NCBI GenBank assembly: GCA_002633005.1
Contig: NMRA01000571.1
Location: 1 to 64,000 of the forward strand
Length of the DNA stretch: 64,000 bases
Source of the DNA: Phoronis australis
Lineage: Eukaryota; Animalia; Phoronida
Reading direction: 5' to 3'
The notes beneath the pieces are model-generated. The model saw only the letters and a program-made list of their open reading frames with translations. It was not told the origin of the DNA and made no database searches. Shown here piece by piece: positions 37,436-49,700 of this stretch; position 1 is the stretch's first letter; each line of letters begins with the position of its first letter. The translations under genes were made by a program, and so were the position numbers.

Positions 37436-38981
37436 AATAGTAGACAGAAAACAAAATATCGTAACAGAATAGTAGATTAAATATTGAAACGTCGTTCTCA
37501 GATATGCATATGCCATAGTTTCCTCGATGAAATATTTTGGCCATATTTCATAAAATTTCACCAAAGAAATCTACATGTAGTTATAAAAACTTCCACCAGG
37601 AGGCAAACAGTAGTCGAAGTATCTAAAAAAGACGTCGGCTGATTTGATCACCATAGAAACATATTCTCAAAAATTAATGAAGCCCCTTGATGAGGTTTGA
37701 TCTGTATCTGATGCAGCTGCTTACTGCGGGCAGTAAACTACAGTAAAATACATAATAGTATGTCTTTTCTATCGGCTGTTGCTTGAAAACAAACAAAAAG
37801 ACCATTTTAAATTTTTTTTAGTCAGACAGAAAACTGGTGAAAAATATCACTGGAAACTACCAGCACCCCACAGCCCCTCAAAAATGGCAAGAATCAATTA
37901 CACAATATTGGGCAAAATTTACCGAAGTTTGGCCCTCTTGTGAAGGTTAATGGAAACCACTTTGAAAATTCAAAGACTGTCTTATATTAGAGAGGTTTAA
38001 TGTCTACAGAAACATTATAAAGATTTTGCCTTTCCCGTTCTTTTTAGCCATTTTAAAACAGCTTCACTAACTGAATCTTTTTGAAGCAAAAATGGGCAAT
38101 TTTATGCCAAAATATATATGATGTTCTCACTTAAAAATTTCAAATAAGCATTTTGAACATATCCCACCAGGATGAATGTACACACAATTTTTTTTCAAGA
38201 TCTGAGTCAGTGACCCTAGAGTTGCCCTTTTGGTGCTCTCGTGGAATGACAGTTAAAGAGGCACTTCTCCCTGTGACTAATATCGCGGAAAATCGCCGAA
38301 GTAGCGGTAGTCCTGTTACGCTCATAGGATTCCGTTATCAACTCGAGTCACTGCAATTTAAGGGTTGGCTAACCCTAATAAACTCTGAAACCACGTTTTC
38401 CACAGTCACTGGTGGTATCGATGTTCTTTTTGGTAACGGAAATAGAATCCTGTTGTGGTAAGTAATATTTTAAGACTTTTTTAACCTAGTGGCCGACTTT
38501 TTGTTCAGCTATACGCAGATGGACAGCAATTTGGGACCAATTCTGCGGACTTGGTCAGTCAGGAGGTTTATAGCAGTCCATTTCGAGTTTTTACATTCCA
38601 CTAACCAAATTCAATGTTTAAAGTGGAAATAACGTACACGTAAACAAACTGCAGTCCGGTCTCTGGCAAGACCTGGAAAGCTCTATGTTCAAAAGAGACG
38701 TTATCATGACACCAGCTTGTTAAACTTCCAACGAAATTGAAGTTCCTTCAAAGCATTAAAAACAACAGTTGAGATTGTTTATGGAAACGTCTCATTGCAA
38801 AATATTTGACTCACTTATTCAAAATAAAAATCACCCCGGAAATGTGTGTCGATTGTTATATGCACCCTATTTTAGCGATACAAAACTGGCGTTCTCTTTG
38901 AGCAATTGTGAAGTTAGGCTTACTTAAACTATTTCGATCGACGCAAAAACATGTCCAAACACGTTTTCTAAACATTGCGAC

Positions 38982-39127
38982 CAGTGCTGTAGTGGTAAAA
39001 TTAGAGGTAAGTAGGCGCTCAGAGCCCACCGCATCACCTTGAGCACTGACCGCAACTTACGGTGGGTAAACGCCACGTTCAAATGCCAAAAGGTGGTTGG
39101 CTACGCCTACGCCCCACTACAGCGCTG
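38982..39127. mobile_element. hAT-type MITE with 8-bp TSD
   Basis: cagtgctgtagtgg / ccactacagcgctg flanked by attgcgac/attgcaac. Confidence 0.8.
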
Positions 39128-39152
39128 ATTGCAACCTTGCAGGGTGGAGCCC

Positions 39153-39295
39153 CAGTGGCGGATCTAGGATACCATAAGGGGGGGGGGGGCAACTTCCTCG
39201 GGCAAAGCGCGTTTGTATGTGCACAGGCGGCCCGAAAGTAGCGGGCCGAGGATGTAGACTTTCTGTTCAGAAAATCGATCGGGTGCCGCGGGCAT
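39153..39295. mobile_element. Truncated copy of the 19748 MITE family
   Basis: cagtggcggatctaggataccataagggggg matches 19748-19780. Confidence 0.65.
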
Positions 39296-39516
39296 GGCAT
39301 TTCTCACCACGGAAAAATATTACCCCAACCAGACGTTTCGCCTGTTGCTTCTACACTCTGCAGACCTGTACTATCCCAATATCAAAATGAGAACACGACT
39401 ACCGTCACAAAGATCGCAGATAAGACGGTCGCAGACACTTGGTTGGGTAAGTCGTGTATTTCACAAGAGCGAAGTGTCGCAACGTGAATTCGATCATTGA
39501 CCGTAATCACTATAAA

Positions 39517-40438
39517 CTCAAAACCAATACCCCCAATAAAAGAGTAAAGCCCAATGCTACGGGGCAAATTATCCCAGATAAAAAGGTCTACCCGCTGCAT
39601 TGGTCGACCTTTTCCCAACTACTTAGTTCAGTGATAAGTCCACAGTAAGCGATTTAGACATGAAAATTTATTAGCATAATAAATATAAAACAAGTTCACA
39701 ATGATAAGGAATGTACAGTCACTTGGAAAAGACCAACGATACATATGGAGTGGGATTAATTTGAAAAATATGACACTGTTACATCACTCAAAGAAAATAG
39801 TTTCTCCAACCTACATGAAGAACAAGTCTCATAATAACGAGTAGGTTAACAATATGCGCAAGTTGGCCAGAAAACATTTTTCCAGAGTACGGGACATAGT
39901 GTGTGGGTGCTCGGAGAAAATGGGAGTTCCGAATTGCGGAACCTTAGGACTCTTACAAGTTACACTGGACAATAANCTCAAAACCAATACCCCCAATAAA
40001 AGAGTAAAGCCCAATGCTACGGGGCAAATTATCCCAGATAAAAAGGTCTACCCGCTGCGTTGGTCGACCTTTTCCCAACTACTTAGTTCAGTGATAAGTC
40101 CACAGTAAGCTATTTAGACATGAAAATTTATTAGCATAATAAATATAAAACAAGTTCACAATGATAAGGAATGTACAGTCACTTGGAAAAGACCAACGAT
40201 ACATATGGAGTGGGATTAATTTGAAAAATATGACACTGTTACATCACTCAAAGAAAATAGTTTCTCCAACCTACATGAAGAACAAGTCTCATAATAATGA
40301 GTAGGTTAACAATATGCGCAAGTTGGCCAGAAAACATTTTTCCAGAGTACGGGACATAGTGTGTGGGTGCTCGGAGAAAATGGGAGTTCCGAATTGCGGA
40401 ACCTTAGAAGGACTCTTACAAGTTACACTGGACAATAA
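39517..40438. repeat. Near-identical ~460-bp tandem pair joined by a single N (probable assembly artefact)
   Basis: 39517-39975 vs 39977-40438 differ by about three SNPs and a 3-bp indel; N at 39976. Confidence 0.85.
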
Positions 40439-40528
40439 CCGACGCACTAGGTAATAGGAACGACCCCAAGCTTCATCTTTGGATGTAGATTGGGGATAAA
40501 GAACCCAACAGCCAAGGTAATACACCTG

Positions 40529-40786
40529 CATGCGCGCACCCACCCTAAAAATGGGGGGATCGAATTTTCGGGAATGTGGACCTTTTACTAAGATTCACGG
40601 TACGGTACGTTCAGGGCGAAGAATTGCGCATTTGCCAAATTTTGGTAGTTCCTGCCTTTTAAGTGGACTTTTGTCTCGTTTTTTTTACTTTTTTGGAATT
40701 TTTGTTTCTCTGAGGTGGACCTTTTGCCCACTTTGCTAAATGTCCGTTGGAGACCCCTGAGCCTCCCCTCCCTGGGTGCGCCCATG
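40529..40786. mobile_element. hAT5-like MITE, inverted relative of 13719
   Basis: catgcgcgcaccca / tgggtgcgcccatg, flanks acctg/aactg. Confidence 0.75.
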
Positions 40787-43715
40787 AACTGAGTTCCATC
40801 ATCTTTCACGCAGTTACATATACCTTTCATTTAGTCCAATAAAAACAGCAGAAAATTAAGTTTAACTTACGAAGCAACAAATTACTACCACAGCCACCAC
40901 AACCTTCACAAATGAATATTGTACTAACACAACAAACAAGACATAAGACAAGAATATATAACAAGAATATATAACAAGAAGAAAATGAATGTACTTTTTC
41001 TTATTATCAATAACTAACTCTGTAAAATTAATGAAATCCTTCACCAAAAATTTGACATTACAGTTCAAAGAACAGAGGGCAAAGTGACAAGATCGTTAAA
41101 TGGTTTCAAAATAAGCACTCCTCATGTCAATTTAATTTAACTAAAGCAAAAATATACACTTATAACTTATACCCAAATCAATTATATTTGCCCACACCCA
41201 AACGAGATCGTAAGTGTTTTCAGCTTACATTTTGTTGGCAGTTCAGACTTCAGGAACAGACTACAAAATGGCATAGCCTACGACAAGTACAGACCCGCCC
41301 CCTTTTGTCTAATAACCTCTTGGTGTATGTAGCTTGCCATGCTTGCACTGGGTAGACAACACCTTATTGGTTCCATCACACGCGATTACATGAAAAATGC
41401 AATAAATTTACAGGCTTTTTGTTCCTCTAATGCCTCTACCTACTTGTCGCCTACATGCAAGCTGAACCCATGACTCCATGCGTGCTTTACACTCGTTTTC
41501 AATCAACATCTTCAGGACTAGGAATCCTAACATAACTGCATATTTACAATCCAAAAGTTAGCCAGTGGGAAACAATAAAACCCAGGCGTCATACACAAAC
41601 TTCTCGGGTAACGGTAATGCCCAATTTCCAAAACACTAGCAGATCATTTTTGTAGCTTAGTCTCATGGATGAAAATGAAGAGGTCATTTTTCGTGTGCCA
41701 AATTTTGACGAAAAATGCAGACTACTAACTGGCATGCATGAAAACAGGAACCCCTGCTACTAATCACAGTCTATTCATCACATTATTCATTAGCATTGCA
41801 CTGCACGAAAAATTCATTGGTTACTACACTCTCAGAACACACCATTTTGCATCTAAAGGTGTTATGTGGAGTATACCCATGGCCTCTATAGAAGTACTTG
41901 CCTAGGTACGGATCCAGGATCATGACTAGAGGGGATCTGATAACGGACTGACATAAGAGTCACTTTGTACACCACCACAGAAGCAAAAGGGAAGTGGTTG
42001 CGCGAGGAGTTTAACTTCAATTGCACGTAACAGTCCCAAAAGGGACTCTTAGTTAGGTTCCCTAAATTTTCAATCCAACTTGTACAAACACCACTATCCT
42101 TTCTTCTTCTACATTACCAGGTCAAGTTTTGAATCTGCTCCCTGCCAAGAGTTAACTATATGCCAAGTTCACACTAAATAGGGACCTTTCCATGCAAAGC
42201 CCCTTATTTAAGAACCAAGTCTATGTACCTTCGATGAAATAAGAGCTCCGTTTTCAGGAAAATATTATTAAAAATGATGCAAATGAAAGAAAAGTTCACA
42301 ATAAAGATAAAAGTGTTAGAAAAATATAACATTAGTGAGCAAAAAGGCTAAATATACACAGACAATTTAGGGAACCTACTCGAGTCCCTATTGTGATTGT
42401 TTTACTTACCACCACTGGACCCCTGTAGCCAGGCCTGCAGTTAAGAGACCAGTAGGAATGGATTTGACTTGACAATGTCTACACACTATGCAACGGTAGT
42501 CATTTTTACATAACTACTATTCAAATATTACTGCTGTGAGGTAAAACCTCACCAATTTCGGACAAAAATAAACGCCACAATTGACCGTTTTAATTTTTCA
42601 AACGGCTTTAACATTGCTTTGGATTTCCCAAAACCTTGTTTGGTGGAAGCTACCACACAGAGCTTGTCTCTTGTGAAAAAAGACCAAACTGATCACTTGC
42701 TCATCATGCTGCAGACATGTTAAAGTAAATACAAGCTTGGGACAGGACTGGTGGCTCCTGCCAACACAAACTAAACAACAACAGTTAAAGTGCAACATAT
42801 CATAGTCTTGTCACCTGTCTAGTATTGCACTCACAGCTTTTAACAATTAGCAAGCCATGAAATTGACAAGAAATAGACCTATGTTTGATACAAATGTTAA
42901 ATCATCAATAATTAAATTATTCTTGCAACACTCCAAAAATGAACACACCTGGTCCTGGATAATTCTAAGTAAAATGTAACCATGGAGACAAAACTAATTA
43001 TTTTTCGTACATCAAATGCTTCTAACATATTCAGGACGTTATCAGATGGAAGGCATTGTATCGAACTTAAAATAAATCAACCAATAAAGCACACACCCAG
43101 GCTTCAAATAATCCAAATGCTAGATGGATTTTTACATTTTTACCAGAGGCTAGCCAAAACAGCAGAAGCAGACTGATTTCGCATAATTTAGTGGAGATAA
43201 TGTCAACTAACGCCGTGCCAATTTAACGAAAGAAAAAACCTAGCCCGGCCAAATACTTTTGGATGTATTAAGTGACTAGAATGCAATGAATATCGGAAAG
43301 GTTACTGTGGCGAATGTACTTATGGGAAAAACAAAAAATATTCCTCTAACAAAATGTCATTGAGTATTCAAGCACATACATGAAGCTCATTTGAAGCCAA
43401 TGTACAAAACCATAGCCAACAACAAATGCCATAAATATTTACAAAACTCAAAATATAAGGTCGCCTTCTCAAGAGTTTTCTCATATATACAAACAGTCAA
43501 AAATCATGCATTCAGATCGAGAAAGAAACACTGATTATTCGTGAACGTGAGCTCGGTTTTATTCAACGTCGGCGTAGATCTGTAACAAGTTGATCATTGA
43601 CGAGCAACCATTTATTCATTGGCTTTTGATGATGCGGATGTATGCGAAATGACACCTTTTGGGCAAAGCCAAATACAGATCATGTGTACTCTTGAGCGGA
43701 GGAGCGAATGTCATT

Positions 43716-43775
43716 TCAGATGGTCGAGTCAGATCTGTCCGTTAGGTGAATCGTCTCAAAGTTGTGACTGCGGTC
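43716..43775 (-). CDS. ELAPOR: ELAPOR terminal coding exon (DRSHNFETIHLTDRSDSTI*)
   Basis: ttttgcag acceptor, phase 0, resembles the vertebrate FDSVPL tail. Confidence 0.8.
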   Translation of the reverse strand, partial: DRSHNFETIHLTDRSDSTI

Positions 43776-46700
43776 CTGCAAAATATTCAGAAAATCACCG
43801 TGACACCTTAGGGTCTTCAGAGTAGACTGAGAAGGATCTTTTAAATATCTGCACTGTGCTGAATGCAGTCTGTCAAGCAGATACAACACTCAACTTCTTC
43901 TTAACACAGCATTTACAGGGGCATTCTTGTTGAACAAGACCAATGAACAGAAATTAGTGACAGTACAGCATCAACCCCACTAACTCCAGTAGCAAACGAA
44001 TGCTGTGCCGCTGAACCAAATACTACGCACTAAACAACAGAGTATTTTAATCGTACTTAAATGGTAAAGACACAGGTCCTGATTTAAGCGAACGTATGGC
44101 AGACAGCGGGAAAACTTATGAATTATTAATAAAATCACAAAAACACTACGTGTTTTGTTTTACAGCTCTGGCCAATGCCGACAACTTCAAGAAGTCCAAT
44201 GATTATCCCTAAATGCATCTCGGGGCCATAAACCACGTCTCCTTTTGATGCAGAAAGACCCCGACACCATTTGTGCAAGTAATGAATAGTTCACACACTT
44301 AGCATTTCCCAATCACAGATAAACAGGGTCCAACTTTAAATGGCTAACAATACAAACTGAAGAGACAAACATAAAAATGCTAAAACAAGAAAGCAACGTT
44401 CATTTTCAAAATAAACACCTTGAACAAATAAGAAAGCAACCACTACATGATAAAGAAATAAAAAAGAATTTGAACGTAGTAACAACACAAACATAAACTA
44501 AACCCAACAAAACACAAGCAAAATGAACAAAATTTCTTTTTGTAAAGTTGAATGTCTTATTCTTAACAATGCTCGATCATCTACAACCCAAAATATTCTG
44601 CCACAGTCTATAGTTGCTAGAGCTAAGACTGCGAGTCAGACAAGTCTGATAAAGACACTTCAACTGAACCACTAATTTCAATGGAATTCAAAATCATCGT
44701 TCACCACACTCATAATAGATTACAGGATGGCAACTGAGAAAAAAACAAACACCAAAACATATTTTGAACAAACGAGCATCGTCAAGACAGAGACCTAGTT
44801 GAGAGCATGCCCACCAGTACCACAAAACTATCACCGCCACCACCGACCGGTTTACTCGTTCTCGTTACTCACGTCGAAATAGTCCTTCTGTTTGTACGGA
44901 GGACTAGACTAAGAGGACAAAAGGGTGGATGAGATGAGAAAACAAAAGACGAGATCGCCACGCATACGAGCACACCGGAAAACCCTAAAATACAGTCCCT
45001 CATCCAGAAAACTTACAGTGTTGGTTAGTACTTCTGTCCAAGACAAAATGAGCGCTGAATTAGCCAGTCAGCAAGGTGAAGGTCATTAAGTCAGAGCAAC
45101 TGAATTGCTTTTACAGGTGACAGTGGGAATTCTAGTGACGATATGCCACAATGTATGTTGGTTTTTGTGTGCAGGGCTTCAGGCCTAAGCGAGTTTAAGC
45201 ATCAAGATAGAAAATCTTCCCTCTTCTGTAAGTTTGGAAACACCCAATTGGTCTATTAAGAAAGGGCCAACCCAAAACCAACCTGTCAGTCAGCAATACA
45301 AGGGCCCGCCCACTTGACAGATTTCCTTATTGGTGAGGACCACAATTCATTAACTTGATTTCAAAAATGTTCTGCACGTAATCAAAATGCAGTCACATTT
45401 TAATAAAACGCACAACTCAAGACAACAACATATTGAGTCAATCCCCCTTGCTGCCAGTCACTGTTTTCAGGCAGAGGAAGCCTGCCCCCTTTCTGTTTTC
45501 ATGTAACCAGTCTTGAACTTTTTTACTTTTTGTACGTAAGTGGCCTAGCCACCCTTCACAGATGACACAAAATGAAATCCCACTCGGGTTTTCCATCTCA
45601 AAAATGCCGAGCTGCACTCCACATTTCATTTGACACGAAGAACGAAACAAGTCCTGCCTACCTTGCTGCCAGTCATCGACTTGATCTTGCCCAACAGGCC
45701 GCCACCCCTCTCCTTGAACTCGACGGCATCAAAGTGGTCATTCTCCTCGTCTTCGCTATCAATACACTGAGGGGGCGCCGGTAGTTCACCATCCTTTCCG
45801 TCGCCACCTGCCACTAACTTCATATATTTGTACTCCAATCTGGAACACACATATCACACTGAAGATGAACAACTGGAGCTTTAGGCCAAAGGGTCAACAG
45901 GAAGATGAAGATGAACTCTTGTTTCAGTTAGAACCATCACCAGTGCTGACACATGGAGTCATTGGATACATTAGACAACATGCAAACCAACCCAAAGTAG
46001 CCAGAAAAATGGTTATTCAAGACAAATATCAAGTGACGACAATTCCTACCCAAGACAACAGTTTTGGCTCCCCCGATCTTCATATCATTTACCCACACGA
46101 GGTGATATCTCGCTACCTGAAAAGAGAACCCACATGGGGCTAAGTGAATCGACACTTAAAGCTACGTAGTCCAACTTACTTCCTATTCTTCTTCCAGCAG
46201 TAGCACAGCGAGATTAAGCAGACGGCGCCGAGGAGGACGACACCGCCGACGATGAGGCCAATGATGATCTTCATCTCATTGGTCAGCGCATCCAGACGGA
46301 GCACCTGGCACTTCTGGTGTGACTCTAAATTCTTGTGATTGCCAGATAACAAGCAGTAGCTGCAACGCAACACAATGACGTTGGATTATGTGTGTGTGAC
46401 AAGCCACAGCCAAGATCTGCCACACGACAATGAACTAATGAGATTGACATATTCAAATAAACTAATGGGAAAATCTCACTAATTTCGGACAAAAATAATC
46501 CAAAATTGTCCCTTTAGCATTTTTTAAGGGCTTCTAACATCGCTGTGAATGGCAACAATTTTTCAAAACTTTGTTTAGCAGCAGCTGTTGAATGAAACCT
46601 GAAGAGAGAATATTATTAATTTTTCTGGCACACGTTTCATGGAAAAAATGACCAAGTAACAATTCACTTATCGGCCATATTGTGTCCCAGTCAGTGAGAC

Positions 46701-49700
46701 TTCACCATAGGCAGACTTCACCAGAGCTCCGCCTAACTTGGCGGCCAAACTTCTTGCCAGAATTATTTAGCAGGTTCAGCTGTAGAATTTTGGTCGTAAT
46801 GAAACAGCATTTTGTCGAATTTCAATGACATGGGCGGCTAACAGTTTTTGGAAGCGAACTTGCGACAAAGCGTGTGAAGCAATACTCGTAGGGATTTTGT
46901 TGAGTTTCGATTCAGTGTGTTTGCCAAAAACAGCATACAAACTGCCTGGTTTAACAGGTGATAAACTTTTGTGTATAAAGATATATTGGCAGCCAATAGA
47001 ATAGTGACCACCTGACTACACTCTCAACCACGTATCAGGTAAGTTGGCTTCCAGCGAACACAAATCCTATTAAGATGTCACCAACTTTCCCACTGACCTA
47101 GAACAGGGCATGGTGGGACATCGGGGATTATCTCCACATGAACTATATGACTAAACCTGAGAACTGGGAAATTGTCTGCCACCAACATATTATCCAGGTC
47201 TGTTGATTGACATGCCAGGGCGATTATAAGGAGACAATGTGATGGGACAAGACATTGGACATCTGGTCAAACACGTGTTATTTTATTTAAAAACTGTATG
47301 ATTGTATCTTTCACTTTAACCAAATGGCAAAATTCATCACTGCTAAGTGCAAACAACTTACACAGGAGCAATGTAGGTGATTTTCTGAAGACCCTTGATA
47401 CACTCGCCTTTGACCTCGCGGTAGTCGGCCTCGCGACATGACGGGCACGCCCAGCGCGTGCGCCACAGAATGTGGAATGTGCAGCCGTCGCACGTGCCAT
47501 CTGGGCACTTGGGTGGCAGCTCCATAGTGCCGTTGCCATCCTCTTTGGGATCACACTGCAGTGTGACCACAGTGGAGCGTCCATTAGGGCAAGCCAGTGT
47601 GGGACTGTAATAACAAAGTAAGGAAGTCAACAAATAGAAATGTGACACTGCAATACAATGTCAGACATGTTACAAAATATCAAATAACCTCCACAACTTA
47701 TGCAGGCCACATGCTGTATTCACATGACAGTATGTGAAGATGACATTATGCAGAAGCGCCCCCTATCCTGTCCCAACATCTTATTCTGTCTGCACCACTT
47801 TCTCACCAGATGGAGGTGTGCACGATGACAATGTATTCAAGAACTGTCCATCAATTCACTATGCTCCCATCACTTCCTCTGCCGACAGAGTTGCATGAAA
47901 CTAATATTTTACAGCACCGCCCCCAACTCCTCCCAACGTCTAACATCACTCAGCTCACTTCCACGCCTGATGCACAGTACCTCCTCTAACTTCCTAATCA
48001 GACATTATCAATTCCACGCAAGTCACTGCCTTACCAATCACAGTTGTGTGCGAAGATGTCGCTCTACAAAACAACCCTTAACCCTTATCCCTACAATTCA
48101 TTAATGCCACCCAAACTCCGCCCACATCACTGCCTCACCAATCAAAGTTGTGTGCGAAGATGTCTTTCTACTTCACAACCCTTAACCCTTTTTCCCTACA
48201 ATTCATTAATGCCATCCAAACTCCGCCCACATCACTGCCCCATCAATCAAACTTGTGTGTGAAAATATCACTAAACAACGTCACTCCAAACATTTTCCAA
48301 CATCTAACTTTGCCCGCATCACTCTGACAGCTAAGAGAACCACGTAAGAAGACATCAGGTTACATGTCCATTCTTAACTCCTCCCAACTCCGCCCACTTC
48401 CCCGCCTCACCTGATGGAGTTGTAGACAAAGTGAATGAAGATGTCATCATCCTTGGTGCGATACTGCAGCTCCTTAATTGTTGCCGTCAGATTCTTATCC
48501 ATGGAAATCTGGGTCAGTGTGTCACCCAGGCTAGAATGGACAAACGTTCAAAACATGTTTAAATTCTCACACATTACGATTCTATTAAAATTTGTACAAA
48601 ATAATTGCAACAAACCACCATGACTTCACTTTCAAGGGCTTACTTTCTTGCCACAAACCATCATGATTTTACAAAGTGCTCTTTTTAGCAGATGAGTAGT
48701 TCGAACAGAGACGTCTATGAAGTTGATAAATTTATATTTCTTTGGTAAAATTAGGCAAAATATTTACTACTCGTTTTAAAAGAATAGAAACTATGTGATG
48801 TTTTATATAAAAATCGAGAACAATGACAATCTGTCACTTTTTATCAAAAAAACGTGGTTAAAGGAAAACATTGCATCATTCAATAAGCTGTATGCAAGAC
48901 AAACCCATAGTACATGTTGGAGTGAAAGTTTGTCAACATACATTTACCATCAAGTTGCCATTCCCACTGATAAAGATGAGCTCTACATCTGACACATCCA
49001 ACACAACAACCAATTGGAATCAATGCAATGGGGTCTCTTTACTGTTCCCAAAGCAATATTTCTTCACTACAGTAACCCTTGAGTTTGGGGCAGTCTCGAA
49101 AATTTGGGACACCGAATCCAAGCCCAAACTCGATTTTCTTGACTGTGATGACTGAGCAGTGAGCTATTTTGTCAATCATAGGGCACTGTGTTTTGTTATG
49201 AAGAGAGTCTGCAGTTTTACTTAGAAGTTCATAAAATTGCTAAGTAGCCACTCACACAACATATCCACGTGTCCCGATAGTGGGCATTGTGGGTTATATC
49301 AGGGTGAATGATTCTTAGTTAACTTGAGATGACCAATATTGGACAATTTCTTAATTTTCATACCAACTCCAACCCTGAGCAAAATAATTAATTTCTCACC
49401 GTCCCAAACTGGAGAAGTATACCAAGGTGAACACCCCAAAAAGAATCCCTGAGCTAGCGTTATTACCTGACTGGCTGTGCCGAGAGGGTCTTGCCACCGG
49501 CTGTCTTTGGCGGTATGACTGTGGAACGGCAGACCATAGCCTCAACCACATTATCCATGTCCCAGGACTGTAATATTATGGGTCACATTTGAACAGGTAA
49601 GATAGACACCGTAAAAAGTCTTCAACACAAAAGAACACATACTTCACTGTTACAGTTTTTGATAGCATTCATACACTGAGCATTTACACCGAAACTACAA

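Noticed and set aside
39326-39366. Third hammerhead-like motif (ggcgaaacgtc, minus strand)
   Set aside because: The CUGANGA core and half of stem II are missing
39517-40438. Recent tandem duplication or LTR pair
   Set aside because: A single N sits exactly at the junction and the differences are allele-like, indicating an unmerged contig overlap
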